DNA of 63,985 nt, filler included, from Candidatus Hydrogenedentota bacterium (GTDB lineage: Bacteria > JBFMHD01), in the NCBI GenBank assembly GCA_040752395.1. It is 6 parts of 6 records of this genome, joined end to end, with 100 filler letters (N's around TTAATTAATTAA, not from the genome) between each part and the next. Parts side by side here need not be neighbours in the genome. Positions count along the whole stretch, not along the records: positions 43,415 to 54,057 come from JBFMHD010000088.1; positions 54,158 to 63,985 come from JBFMHD010000097.1; 4 more parts are not named here. One strand, given 5' to 3'. Below the pieces are notes generated by a model. It ran no database searches. It was not told where the DNA came from and saw only the letters and a list, made by a program, of their open reading frames with translations. Both the position numbers and the translations under genes were made by a program. Position 1 is the first letter of the stretch; each line of letters begins with the position of its first letter. Below, one piece after another: positions 43,415 through 54,158 of the stretch.

Positions 43415-46400
43415 GTTCCTTATGTAATAGCTCAAGAAAGAGATTGGTGGGATAGTATTTATATCTTTAATTATGATAATTCTGATACTCAGGTTATAGG
43501 CAGAGGATTAAATGTTGGTAATAATGCTATAATAACTTTTTACAATAATTTAGGTGCTGTGACTTGTAAAATAGCATTTGAAGATAATTTAGATACAATG
43601 CCATTAAATATGGTATTTTCGCCCGCGTTACCTAAATTTGTTACAACTAACAGCAATGGTTTATTTTTAATAACAAGTATCAGAGACCCCAATGCAGGAC
43701 TTGGGTTAAGTAATCCTACTGAAAAAGATTGGGGCGGTATAGCTGTAGTGGAGAATAGTAATAATGATTCTGCGGTATTTAAAAATGTTATAATGCGGTA
43801 TGGCGGATCTGATAAGAGTTATAGTGTGGATTGGTATGCGTTAAGAGAGTATATAGCAGTTAGAAATCTGACAGGTGGTATCGAGATAGATTCCTGTGAT
43901 ATCGGTGGTGGTAGCAGTGATACTGGTATAGGTATTGCTCTACAAAAATCAGGTGGTTTGAGATTAACTAATTCCTGTATCCAGGTTTTAGAAGAATGCC
44001 TAGATATTAATACTGATGACAGTGGTAGTGGGAATATAGGTGTGTTAATATCGCAATCAAATCTACAAACCTATAGGAATGGGATACGTATTGATTTAGA
44101 GGGTGAGACCGTTGTTTTAGATAATGTTTATATTCAGGGTGATGGTATTGGAGGTAAAACTGATACAGGTATTTATATTTTTGGTAATACCGGTCAATTT
44201 TTAATGCGGAATTCTACTATCAATAATCTTGATGCAGGCATTGAGAACAAAGCAACTCCGGGTATTGTTCTTATAGGTGATAGTTTTGCTTCAAATAATC
44301 CTGGAGGTAACACGTTTAATAATGCTACATGGTTTATAGCAAACATAAGTACTGGTACATTAAAAGCAGAGAATGACACATTTGGTAGTGGACTTACTAA
44401 TTTAGAGATTGATGCAAGACTGCGAGACGACAATGAAGGTTTCAGTCGCATAGACTTTTTATCTCAACCATCTGTGCTTAATAAAATAGGTGACCTGCCT
44501 GGCGGTTATAAAAACGTTAATGAAACCATACCTGTTCTTGCTATAAGAGCAGGCGGTGATCCGAATAGTGATACTCTAAATTATATTAAACTTACGAATC
44601 TTGGTACTGCAAATTCATCTAAGTTGAGTCTTTATTTAGTTGATGATGCTAATAATGATTCTGAGATCAATGCAGGTGATACATATATTACAGAGATTAC
44701 AGCAACAGGCAGTAATACGTTTGCAAAAACAAATATAAATTATCAATTTTATACTGATAGTAAATCACTTTTAGTTGCTTGCGTATTCAAATCATATGCT
44801 GATTCAGGGTCCACCTTCAGAGCTCAGCTTGATACTTCTTCGTTTAATTTTATCGTTGCTGATACAGGTTCGGTCTCTGCTCTGGTTAATGCAAATGATA
44901 TAATTGTTAACAATACTTCACCCGTAGGCGCTATTATAAGCGAGGTCTGGGATGCTGGCGCTACAAACTGGTTTATTGAGTTATATAACCCAACAGGAAT
45001 AGTAGCTGATTTAAAAGGAGGTACCATAGTAACTTCTCAAGGAGCATTTATTATCAATGGTCAGGATTCAGTGCAGCCGTATGGCTATTTATTATTTGCT
45101 GGCAATTCAAGTGTCAGTCCTGATAGTCTGGTACCAACAGCTATATTTAACGGCAACCAAAATGATACCATAATTTTATATGACTCTACGGGCTTAGTTC
45201 TTGATAAAATAGGGTTTAGTAGTGTCACTGATGCACAATTTTACGAAAATGCACCAGCACCTGCATTTAATAACGCTACTCACACACTTGAACGAAAACC
45301 AGGTGATCTATTCCCTTACTCCGGGAATGGTACGGATAATAATGATAATTCACAGGATTTCATTGTAAATGACGATGAAGATTCTACGCCACAGAACAGG
45401 TTTAGTTTTAGAGAACCATACGCTTTTGAGCTTGATGCCCCGAGCACAGTACTACTTGGGGTAGGGTTTACTCTGACAATAACAATACGAGATAATATCG
45501 GAGCAGTGGTAAATAATTTTGAGGATTCGTTCTTTGTAAATATCACAAGTGGTGCAATAACTCAATCCGAGACATATCTTGCTCAAAATCAGGCAGGCAG
45601 TACAACAGTAACCTGTACAATCACAGGTTATACAGGTGCTGCTACAATTGATGCTCGACTGGATTCGCCTGTTGCAGGACTCAGTGCTGAAACAACAGCA
45701 GCTGTAACAATTGAGACACCACCGATACTTGTTGTAGAGAGCGTATCAGTTTTAGCTGATTCTATTAATGTTGGTGAAAATGGCGAGACTATTCTGGTTG
45801 TGGTTAAAAATAATGGTGGAGCTACGCTCCAGCTTACTGATTCAAGACTATTATTTTCAAGAGCTGGTAATCCAATGAATGATAGTTTCACATTTATCTG
45901 TGTATCTGGCGATACAAGGATTACGCAAGCACAGAGTAAAATCCTTACTTTTATAATTAATACCTCAGCTACTATTTCAACAGGTCCAATAATGGTTGAT
46001 TTTAGCTGTACCGGCTCTGATATACTCGGTTATAGTTATATAACTAATGATGCATCAGCTGATACAAAAGATACATTTGTTGTACAGACCGGTGCACAGC
46101 TTGAGATATTAAGTGTAACGCTAAATTCTGATACTTATTCAACCTCACAAACAGGCTGCACAGCAACAGTAGTTATCCGTAATAACGGTGAAGCAGGACT
46201 TGTTATAGATTCTGATGAGATAGAGCTGATATTCAGATTATCCGATACAGATGTAAGCGATTCTTATCAATATTCATTATACTCCCCAATATCTGATACT
46301 GTACTAATTTTAAGTTATACTGTTCAAAACTATATTTTTACTTTTAATATAGCAGATTCTGCTACTCTTGGTAGTATTAATGTAGATGCTACCTGCACTG

Positions 46401-49400
46401 GTGAAGATATTAATACAGGTGGTATATTAGTTGATACGAGTGCCACTACTTCGGATACCTTTGTTCTTCTAACAAAAGCGAATCTTGAGACTGTGAGTAT
46501 AAGTATAGCTGCGGACAGTGTAACGCGAGGCTCAACTGTAACAGTGGTTATTAGTTTAACGAACAGCGGTCAAGCTTCGATGTGGATAGATAGTGCGGTA
46601 TTAATTTGCACGAGAGCGAGCACAGGGGTGAATGTGAGTGGAGAGTATATTCAGAGCTATACCACAAATTTACCGTGGAGCATAAGTGGTGGTCAGACGT
46701 GGACCGAGACGATGTATATGTATGCGGCCACAAATGCGAGTACAGGTGCGATATTAGTAGATTTGAATACTAAATGGTATGATACATATATTCAGGTAGC
46801 GAACTGGCGAGTGGACGCAGATACCAAAGATACGTTTGTGATGCAGACACCGGCAAGTATAAGTATATTGAGTATTCTTGTGAATTATCCTACCGGGAAT
46901 CCGGTATATCAGGGTGGTAAGAACATAGATGTAGTATTCACGATAAGGAATAGTGGTGAGGCGAATGCGGTATTATATGATGTAGTAGATAGTGTATGGT
47001 ATGATGGTGTGAGTGCGAGTGATAGTTGGAGCATAGCGGATTCAAGCGGCTTAGTTGGTCAGGTAGTGAAAGGGAACACAAGTAACAGCACGTATACGAT
47101 AAAGGTAGATGTAAATGCGAATGCGGTACCAGGTGTGCATTATTACAGTGGTGGGGTATATAGCCGAGATGAAAATTGGGAGACATTCACAAGTATAGAT
47201 ACTACCTATACTGTACTTGATGACATAACGGTGAACACAGCGAGTGCGGTCGCGATATTCAGTATATATGCGGTGCCTGAGACAGTAGTTCAGGGTCAGG
47301 GTATAGCTGACTCGTGGATAATATATGTTACGATAAAGAATACAATCCAGAATTCAACAACATCTTTATACATAATATCGGGTGACAGTATACGGATAAG
47401 GGTAGATGGAGTGACAGACATAAGTAGTGGTCATAATTGGAGTGTTGTAAGTGATACGTATTTAAGTCCTGACACTGTGATATTATCAAGTGATATAGAT
47501 GCGAATGATTCAGTGATCTGGCGGTTTTATGTAACGAGTGTAGGGGATTCATTAGGTAGTATGCGGATAGATGCCAAGGATATAACAGGTACTAACACAG
47601 TGAGCGGATTAGTGCATAACGGCACGATGAATGATGCAGCTGCACCGGATTCAGTGCAGGTAATCTCCAAAGCGAATCTTGAGATAATGAGTATCAGTAT
47701 AGCAGTTGATACGATGTCAGATAACCAGAGCGGTGCAGACAGCAAGCAGGTATTGGTAGTGATAAGGAACACAGGTCAGAGTAATGCGATAAATATTAAT
47801 GATACATTAATATTTTTAAGGAGTGATAGTGATATAACGGATTCATTTACAGTGATAGACACAGGTAATCCAACAACGATAAATGGGAATGACACAAAGA
47901 CGTTTGTGTATTGGGTTAGCATAGATTTGGATGCGCCGACTGGTGTGATAGCGATAGGTGCTACGATTACAGGGACAGATGCGACTGTACCGAACAGTGT
48001 ATCAACTACTGACTCATTGACTGGTGGTGATACTATTTATGTTCAGCGAAGAGCTATTGTAATAGTTGATACAGTAATAGCAACCGACACAACGGTTGAA
48101 CGTGGGGCAACAGGTAAAACTGTTACTATATATTTGAAAAACATTGGTGAAGCTACTGCTAATATTAATTCAAATACAGGTGTAGCATTATATATAAGCG
48201 GTGCTAATAATCAGGTTATTAGTAAGATTACTAATCCGGGTGATACTTTTATTTTTACAGGAAGTGCGCCTTCCTGGCCATCGAGTTTAAGTGGTGGCGG
48301 CACTACTGCCATTTCATTTACACTTGATGTTAGCAACACCGCGAACACAGGCTCGGTTTATCTTGATGGCGCATGCACCTATGTTGATGTTAATGCTCCA
48401 AATTCAGTAACAGGAGACAGTAAATCATTATGGTATGATTCATGGGTTATAATATCGCCTGCTGAACTCAGGGTTTTATCTGTACAAGCAAAATATTTAG
48501 TATCAAGAGCCGAGACACCTGTTATAGTTACTTTTGTTATTCAAAATATAGGTGGATATGATGCACAAGTTGGTACAACTGCGCTTACGTTAAACGGTTC
48601 ACAGACAGGTTATACTGTAACATACACAGGAGCAACTTTACCACAGACTATTACACCTGGCTCTACTTTTACAGGAACTTTTACTGTCGAAGTAAGTGCA
48701 AGCGCTGCTTTAGGTACCACGGTTTTAGATGTTAGTGCTGGTGGGACTAATGTATTAACAGGTTCTGCTTTAAGTGATGCAGGCGCAGATGCTCCTGATA
48801 CCTGGGTCGTACAGACACAGGGTCAGATAAGTATTTCGTCAGTGGTTGTAACTGAGAATTCTGTGTTATATAATAATGATACAATAACTGTTACTTATAC
48901 AGTAGTAAACAATGGTCAGGCAGGGGTCTATATTTTGTATGATTCGCCTTTATGGGATGGTTCATTTAAACCGGATTCGTTTGTTAAAGTATCGACCTCG
49001 CTTGATTCTACAGTAGCTTTGAGTGGGAATGGTGCTTCAACTACGTTTGTTTCAATTTATAAAACAGTCTATGCTGCTACAGGGACCATCAATGTTGATG
49101 CGTATATAAAAGCAGTTGATGCAAATGATACTGATATAGATGCTTCTGATTCGTATGCTACAGCAGGTGATTCTGTGATAATCACTACACCTCAACCATT
49201 ACGTATTCTATCTATAATTTTACAGAATGATTATAATGATGGTGATACACTAACACAGGGCACAGGTGGCGCACCTAATATGATATTTGTTGCTGTAGTT
49301 GTTAAGAATGATATGACCGACCTGAATGATACCTCTGGTATATTTGATACCTCGTTTACTACCCTGAGTTTCAAGATAGATACAGGTGGTGGTTATGGAT

Positions 49401-52165
49401 ATGTTACAGCGAGCGGATATAATGGTATAGGTGCATATACAGAGATCGGCAACGATACAATAGTAGGACCAAACTCAACTGATACTCTGATTTATCAAAT
49501 AACGGCCATAGGTAATAACACAGGAACTTTAAGGATAGATGCGAGTTTATCAGGTACTTCTGGTATCTCTGGTTTATGGAACGAGTCCACAGTTGGTGAT
49601 ACAGTAGGTTATGGAAGGGGTAGGGTGGTAGATCCAGGCGAATTACAAATAACAGCTATCTCGTGTGATTCTGCTGCTGTCACATGTGGTCAGCAAGGTT
49701 TAATAGTCTATGTCACATTAACCAATCCGAATCCGAATGCATCAGATATTATAATCAATCAGGCACCAGAATTGGAGTTCAGACTCGGGTCAACTGATAA
49801 ATCCGCAGAATACATAGATACCTGGATGGGGCCTGCTGCACCATTTACGTTAAAAGCAGGCCAAACACGAACAGAGACATTTAGAGTAGAAGTTCTGTCT
49901 ACTGCCCAGCCAGGCACAGTAACAATAGAACTGACAAGTGATACATATCTTGATGCTAATGATACAACTTATAATAATACGCCGAGTGTAAGTGATACTT
50001 TCACCTGGAGAGTGCAGACACCTGCGATATTACAAGTTTTGTATGTTGCGACATCATCTGATACTGTGTTACAGGGTAGTAATTTTACATTATATATTTG
50101 TGTTAAAAATAATGGTGGTGATTCAGCAGCTGATGCAGATAGTTTATACATAACTATCAAATTTGATAGTGGAACGATAGATAGCACGGATTCGTTTACT
50201 TTAAATTATATTAGTGGTACGTCTTCATTATCAGCGAATAGCAGTGAAACCTTTACTTATAATGTTAATGTGAATGCTGCAGCGCCTGTATCACTTATGA
50301 CAGTTACCTGCACAGTCGCAGGTGTTGATACGAATAAAAGAACTGCTATATCTGACACCAGTGGGTTTGATACCTTCAATATTCAGGGTGCTGGTGCGCT
50401 TGAACTTGTCAGTGTTACAAGTGATACTTATGCTATAGTTAGTAATCTTGCGGGTATCAGGATAGTGTTAGGTTTTAGGAATAATGGCAGCGGGGATGTA
50501 ACAAATATTGATACGCCATCGCTGAGATTAATCCAGAATTCTTCAAATATAATAAGTTCATTTACAATTACCAGTACCCAGAGTGATTCAACTTTCCCAA
50601 TCACTACACTTGTGGCAAATAGTAATATTGTTTATTGTACGTTTACATTAACAGCAGGGACTCTTGCGTCCACAGCTACAATTTACTTACATGGTGATGT
50701 TAGTGGTACGGCTCAGATAGTAGGTGGCGGCACTGATACTACCAGAGATACTGATATTAGCCCGTATAGTGGTGATACATTTATTGTTCTCACGCCAGCA
50801 TCAGTATCAATAGGTGCTGTAACTAACTCTGCTGGTACACAACCTGTGAATGCAATAGGTTCTGGAACAATTACTATAAATGTATTATTAAGTAATTCTG
50901 GTACTTCAGATGCTACGGCGATTGTTGATACGAGTAATATCATAATTTATGATGCACTGGGTAATAATATCACTTCTCAGTTTAACGTTACTTTAATAGG
51001 TGGCACTTCTGTGGTTGTTTCTGGTAGCGGTTCAACCTATGCTCAATTCAGTATCAATGTACCGACTACTGAATCTTCAGCTTTGCTTGGTAGTTTCAGA
51101 GTTACAGTAAATGAGGCAGGGATCACTATAAAGGATGCTTTATCAGGTGCCACGATAGGAAATCCGACTAATAATACCACAGAAGAGAACAGGCAGGAGA
51201 TAATGATTGCTGCGGCGCTAAGGATTGATAAGCTTACTTTACCATATCCATTTAATTTTGATACTGTGGTTTTAACTATTGGTTCTGTATCAATCTTTAC
51301 AGGGAATGATATTACAACTGGTGGTCCGAACGGTCAAACATTTCTGAATCAGAACACGGTAGCAAATGGTGATTCGGTTATAATAATGTTACAGCGAGGC
51401 GATACAAGTACCATTGATACGCCGATTACACCGGCATCGAATGGTTTTACCAGTGCATCTGATTTTGATAGCGATATAGCTGGTGCAGATGCAGCTCTTT
51501 CAGGAGGCGATACCCAACTTATAGCTAACGGCTTACTTATTTTGTCTATGTGGAAAAACCAGGTAACTGATGCGAATTATTTAGGTAAAACCGATACTGT
51601 TGCAGAGACTTTATATATTCAAGTTACTAACATAGCTTACAGCGGCTCAGATGGTGCTACGAAATTGAAGGTGTATAAATATTTTAATGGTGTCTGGCAG
51701 TTGCTTGCTGGTGGTTTAGAGATTACTGGTGTGGCTAATAATTATACCTTAACGTTCCAGGTCAGTCCTGATACGACTTATGCGCTTTCAGGGTTATCAG
51801 TATTCAGGATAGTTGCAGCTGGTGTCGGGCTTAATAATGAGGGTAGAGCGGCTAATGTTATAGTATATCCGAACCCATTTATACCGTACGATGGCAATGC
51901 TGCTACAGGTGATTATACTACTGGTATTTATTTCGGAGCGCTTCAGACAAATGGTCAGGCTGATGGGTTCCCATCCGGGACCGAACTTAAGATATATAAT
52001 GTTGTAGGTGAGCTGATTGATGATGTGAGAACAACTTCTGCAGGGTTAATCAACTGGGATGCGAAGAACAAGGGTGGTCGCGAGGTAGCGAGTGGTGTGT
52101 ATATATTCTATATAAGGACGCCGGACGGCTCCCATAAAGTCGGCAAATTTGCGATTATAAGATAG
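43415..52165 (+). CDS. Giant surface protein (>2900 aa, 5' truncated): beta-helix-like region, lamin-tail-like domain, many ~125-aa Ig/CARDB-like repeats, T9SS-CTD/FlgD-like end
   Basis: Frame open from contig edge; IISEV...FIELYNPT; repeated V..N.G.A and DTF.VQT.A.L; C-terminal YPNPF..IYNVVGEL..WD.KN..G..VASGVY..KFAIIR. Confidence 0.85.
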   Translation, partial: VPYVIAQERDWWDSIYIFNYDNSDTQVIGRGLNVGNNAIITFYNNLGAVTCKIAFEDNLDTMPLNMVFSPALPKFVTTNSNGLFLITSIRDPNAGLGLSNPTEKDWGGIAVVENSNNDSAVFKNVIMRYGGSDKSYSVDWYALREYIAVRNLTGGIEIDSCDIGGGSSDTGIGIALQKSGGLRLTNSCIQVLEECLDINTDDSGSGNIGVLISQSNLQTYRNGIRIDLEGETVVLDNVYIQGDGIGGKTDTGIYIFGNTGQFLMRNSTINNLDAGIENKATPGIVLIGDSFASNNPGGNTFNNATWFIANISTGTLKAENDTFGSGLTNLEIDARLRDDNEGFSRIDFLSQPSVLNKIGDLPGGYKNVNETIPVLAIRAGGDPNSDTLNYIKLTNLGTANSSKLSLYLVDDANNDSEINAGDTYITEITATGSNTFAKTNINYQFYTDSKSLLVACVFKSYADSGSTFRAQLDTSSFNFIVADTGSVSALVNANDIIVNNTSPVGAIISEVWDAGATNWFIELYNPTGIVADLKGGTIVTSQGAFIINGQDSVQPYGYLLFAGNSSVSPDSLVPTAIFNGNQNDTIILYDSTGLVLDKIGFSSVTDAQFYENAPAPAFNNATHTLERKPGDLFPYSGNGTDNNDNSQDFIVNDDEDSTPQNRFSFREPYAFELDAPSTVLLGVGFTLTITIRDNIGAVVNNFEDSFFVNITSGAITQSETYLAQNQAGSTTVTCTITGYTGAATIDARLDSPVAGLSAETTAAVTIETPPILVVESVSVLADSINVGENGETILVVVKNNGGATLQLTDSRLLFSRAGNPMNDSFTFICVSGDTRITQAQSKILTFIINTSATISTGPIMVDFSCTGSDILGYSYITNDASADTKDTFVVQTGAQLEILSVTLNSDTYSTSQTGCTATVVIRNNGEAGLVIDSDEIELIFRLSDTDVSDSYQYSLYSPISDTVLILSYTVQNYIFTFNIADSATLGSINVDATCTGEDINTGGILVDTSATTSDTFVLLTKANLETVSISIAADSVTRGSTVTVVISLTNSGQASMWIDSAVLICTRASTGVNVSGEYIQSYTTNLPWSISGGQTWTETMYMYAATNASTGAILVDLNTKWYDTYIQVANWRVDADTKDTFVMQTPASISILSILVNYPTGNPVYQGGKNIDVVFTIRNSGEANAVLYDVVDSVWYDGVSASDSWSIADSSGLVGQVVKGNTSNSTYTIKVDVNANAVPGVHYYSGGVYSRDENWETFTSIDTTYTVLDDITVNTASAVAIFSIYAVPETVVQGQGIADSWIIYVTIKNTIQNSTTSLYIISGDSIRIRVDGVTDISSGHNWSVVSDTYLSPDTVILSSDIDANDSVIWRFYVTSVGDSLGSMRIDAKDITGTNTVSGLVHNGTMNDAAAPDSVQVISKANLEIMSISIAVDTMSDNQSGADSKQVLVVIRNTGQSNAININDTLIFLRSDSDITDSFTVIDTGNPTTINGNDTKTFVYWVSIDLDAPTGVIAIGATITGTDATVPNSVSTTDSLTGGDTIYVQRRAIVIVDTVIATDTTVERGATGKTVTIYLKNIGEATANINSNTGVALYISGANNQVISKITNPGDTFIFTGSAPSWPSSLSGGGTTAISFTLDVSNTANTGSVYLDGACTYVDVNAPNSVTGDSKSLWYDSWVIISPAELRVLSVQAKYLVSRAETPVIVTFVIQNIGGYDAQVGTTALTLNGSQTGYTVTYTGATLPQTITPGSTFTGTFTVEVSASAALGTTVLDVSAGGTNVLTGSALSDAGADAPDTWVVQTQGQISISSVVVTENSVLYNNDTITVTYTVVNNGQAGVYILYDSPLWDGSFKPDSFVKVSTSLDSTVALSGNGASTTFVSIYKTVYAATGTINVDAYIKAVDANDTDIDASDSYATAGDSVIITTPQPLRILSIILQNDYNDGDTLTQGTGGAPNMIFVAVVVKNDMTDLNDTSGIFDTSFTTLSFKIDTGGGYGYVTASGYNGIGAYTEIGNDTIVGPNSTDTLIYQITAIGNNTGTLRIDASLSGTSGISGLWNESTVGDTVGYGRGRVVDPGELQITAISCDSAAVTCGQQGLIVYVTLTNPNPNASDIIINQAPELEFRLGSTDKSAEYIDTWMGPAAPFTLKAGQTRTETFRVEVLSTAQPGTVTIELTSDTYLDANDTTYNNTPSVSDTFTWRVQTPAILQVLYVATSSDTVLQGSNFTLYICVKNNGGDSAADADSLYITIKFDSGTIDSTDSFTLNYISGTSSLSANSSETFTYNVNVNAAAPVSLMTVTCTVAGVDTNKRTAISDTSGFDTFNIQGAGALELVSVTSDTYAIVSNLAGIRIVLGFRNNGSGDVTNIDTPSLRLIQNSSNIISSFTITSTQSDSTFPITTLVANSNIVYCTFTLTAGTLASTATIYLHGDVSGTAQIVGGGTDTTRDTDISPYSGDTFIVLTPASVSIGAVTNSAGTQPVNAIGSGTITINVLLSNSGTSDATAIVDTSNIIIYDALGNNITSQFNVTLIGGTSVVVSGSGSTYAQFSINVPTTESSALLGSFRVTVNEAGITIKDALSGATIGNPTNNTTEENRQEIMIAAALRIDKLTLPYPFNFDTVVLTIGSVSIFTGNDITTGGPNGQTFLNQNTVANGDSVIIMLQRGDTSTIDTPITPASNGFTSASDFDSDIAGADAALSGGDTQLIANGLLILSMWKNQVTDANYLGKTDTVAETLYIQVTNIAYSGSDGATKLKVYKYFNGVWQLLAGGLEITGVANNYTLTFQVSPDTTYALSGLSVFRIVAAGVGLNNEGRAANVIVYPNPFIPYDGNAATGDYTTGIYFGALQTNGQADGFPSGTELKIYNVVGELIDDVRTTSAGLINWDAKNKGGREVASGVYIFYIRTPDGSHKVGKFAIIR

Positions 52166-52180
52166 GAGTCGTCGGAATAT

Positions 52181-52558
52181 ATGAAAGAATCATTAAGATA
52201 TTTAGAAAACGCAAAAGAGATATTAAAGAGTGTAAAGATTGAAAATGATACCTATATGGATATTAAGCCTGTAAGAAAAGCTTTTGGAACAGCATACCTT
52301 GCAGTTACAGAAGCGATAAACGAATATCTCATAAATAAAAAGGGTTTTCTAAAAAAAGATCTACCTAAATCAGTTGAGGCATATAGAGAAGCGCTGCGAA
52401 AATATATATCGATTCATAATGGTAAATTGATGCAAGAATTTGAAAAATTATATGATTCATTGCATATAGCAGGTTATTACCGTGGTCTTATTTATGATGC
52501 TAATATGGTAAAAGATGCATTAAAAGCTGCAAAACATTTTATAGAGCGGATAAGTTAG
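52181..52558 (+). CDS. DUF5618-like (HEPN/PaREP1-like) small protein
   Basis: E.LRYLENAKEIL.....E...Y.D.K.VR.A.GTAYLAV, Y..LHI.GYY.G. Confidence 0.7.
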   Translation: MKESLRYLENAKEILKSVKIENDTYMDIKPVRKAFGTAYLAVTEAINEYLINKKGFLKKDLPKSVEAYREALRKYISIHNGKLMQEFEKLYDSLHIAGYYRGLIYDANMVKDALKAAKHFIERIS

Positions 52559-52586
52559 AGACCCTACTTTTAACTTTTTAGATGGA

Positions 52587-52617
52587 GTCATTAGAGTTAG
52601 AGCGTTTTTCGAAGGAG
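52587..52617 (+). promoter_or_regulatory. 31-bp site copy 13; probable SD for an in-frame TTG at 52627
   Basis: GTCATTAGAGTTAGAGCGTTTTTCGAAGGAG followed by AAAGATTC octamers. Confidence 0.75.
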
Positions 52618-52626
52618 ATTCAAAAG

Positions 52627-53661
52627 TTGAAAGATTCAAAGATTAAAAGATTCAAACTATTACCAGTTTCTCATTTCGTATCTGATATTTCTTACTTCTC
52701 ACTTTTTACTTTCTTAATGATACTTCTCACTTCTTACTTCCTACTTCTAACTTTTTCTCTTTATGCTGGTAGTGGTGATGAGGGCAAAGCAAGTGCGGTG
52801 TTTTTAAAACTTGACCCGAGTGCCCAGACTGCCGGGTTTGGGTCCGCATACGTTGCAAGAACTGACAATGTTAATTCTATATATTTTAATCCTGCAGGAT
52901 TAGGGTTTATTGATTATTATCACGGTTTATTTACTTACAATGATATCTTTGCTGATATTGATTACAATTATGTAGCCTTTGCAATGCCGTTAAAACAGGG
53001 GCGCTGGGGCGGTTTAGGGATTGGGGTGACTCTGCTTGATTATGGTAGTATGACGCGTACACAACTTAATGATAATCAGCCCGTTACAGGACTCGGAACC
53101 TTTAGTGCTGATGATTTAGCTGTTGCTTTATCTTATGGCAGAAAAGTTATGAATGAGGATTTAAGTCTGGGTATAACAGCAAAATATGTTAAAGAAGAGA
53201 TTTATACTTATGACGACAACACCTTCGCAGTAGATTTAGGGTTAAGATGGAAGACAGATGTAGAGGGCTTAACAGTAGGACTAACCTATAGAAATATAGG
53301 TGGTGATTTAAGGTTTGTAAGAGAAGATGATCCGTTACCACGAGCTTTTGTAGGTGGATTTTATTATACAAAATCATTTGTGCAGGGCAGACATAAATTT
53401 GGGCTTGCTGCAGATGTGGTTGCTCCGAATGATGGAGGTACTTATGCTGAGGTTGGTGGTGAATATATTTTCAACGATTTATTTGCGTTAAGGGTGGGAT
53501 ATAATGGTCAGCAGGAAGCAGATGCGGGCTTAACTCTTGGTGGCGGTTTTAATTTCCAGAATTTATCCATAGATTATGCGTTTGTGCCGTATGACGAGCT
53601 TGGGGACCAGCACAGGGTATCATTAAGTCTCATCTTTGGTTACGTCTCTCCTAAAAAATAA
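52627..53661 (+). CDS. PorV/PorQ-like (UPF0164) outer-membrane barrel
   Basis: FLKLDPSA...GFG.AYVA..D....IYFNPAGL, C-terminal IDYAFVPY.ELG.QHRVSL; start uncertain (52582, 52627 or 52717). Confidence 0.82.
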   Translation: MKDSKIKRFKLLPVSHFVSDISYFSLFTFLMILLTSYFLLLTFSLYAGSGDEGKASAVFLKLDPSAQTAGFGSAYVARTDNVNSIYFNPAGLGFIDYYHGLFTYNDIFADIDYNYVAFAMPLKQGRWGGLGIGVTLLDYGSMTRTQLNDNQPVTGLGTFSADDLAVALSYGRKVMNEDLSLGITAKYVKEEIYTYDDNTFAVDLGLRWKTDVEGLTVGLTYRNIGGDLRFVREDDPLPRAFVGGFYYTKSFVQGRHKFGLAADVVAPNDGGTYAEVGGEYIFNDLFALRVGYNGQQEADAGLTLGGGFNFQNLSIDYAFVPYDELGDQHRVSLSLIFGYVSPKK

Positions 53662-53696
53662 GTATCAACACTCGCTCAATTTGCTTTATTAATTTA

Positions 53697-53810
53697 TTAT
53701 CCAATTTTTACTAATTCTCCTTGCGATTTTAAAAATTCTGCCAATTCAGTCTGTTTGTCTAAATTCACTAAATCGACAGGGTGCATTAGTTCATAAATCA
53801 ATAGGTATAA
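53697..53810 (-). pseudogene. C-terminal remnant of a minimal nucleotidyltransferase (MNT)
   Basis: Manual translation LIYELMHPVDLVNLDKQTELAEFLKSQGELVKIG*; N-terminal GS..G...DID part absent. Confidence 0.5.
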
Positions 53811-53873
53811 TCAACATAATTTTTATTTCTCAAAATAGACCTCATATTTTTTTATTCATACAGTCCTAATTTT

Positions 53874-54057
53874 AAAGGCACAGAGGCACAAAGTATGAAA
53901 AGAGTCGTGAGTCACAAGTCGCAAGTCGTGAGTCAAAACAGGACTCAGGACTCAAGACTTTTCAGCAGGCTCTGGGCTTTTGGCTCCAGCCGGCTGTAGT
54001 CCGTAGCCTGTAGCCTGTAGCCCGTCCTGACACCTCTCACTTCTTACTTCCCACTTC
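53874..54057 (+). repeat. Composite array (AGGCACA, GAGTCGT/GACTCAR, GGCT/TGTAGCC, CTTCTYA), truncated by contig end
   Basis: Same modules as 24548-24690. Confidence 0.92.
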
Positions 54058-54157
54058 NNNNNNNNNNNNNNNNNNNNNNNNNNNNNNNNNNNNNNNNNNN
54101 NTTAATTAATTAANNNNNNNNNNNNNNNNNNNNNNNNNNNNNNNNNNNNNNNNNNNN
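54058..54157. other. Artificial contig spacer
   Basis: N/TTAATTAATTAA/N. Confidence 0.98.
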
Positions 54158-54158
54158 T

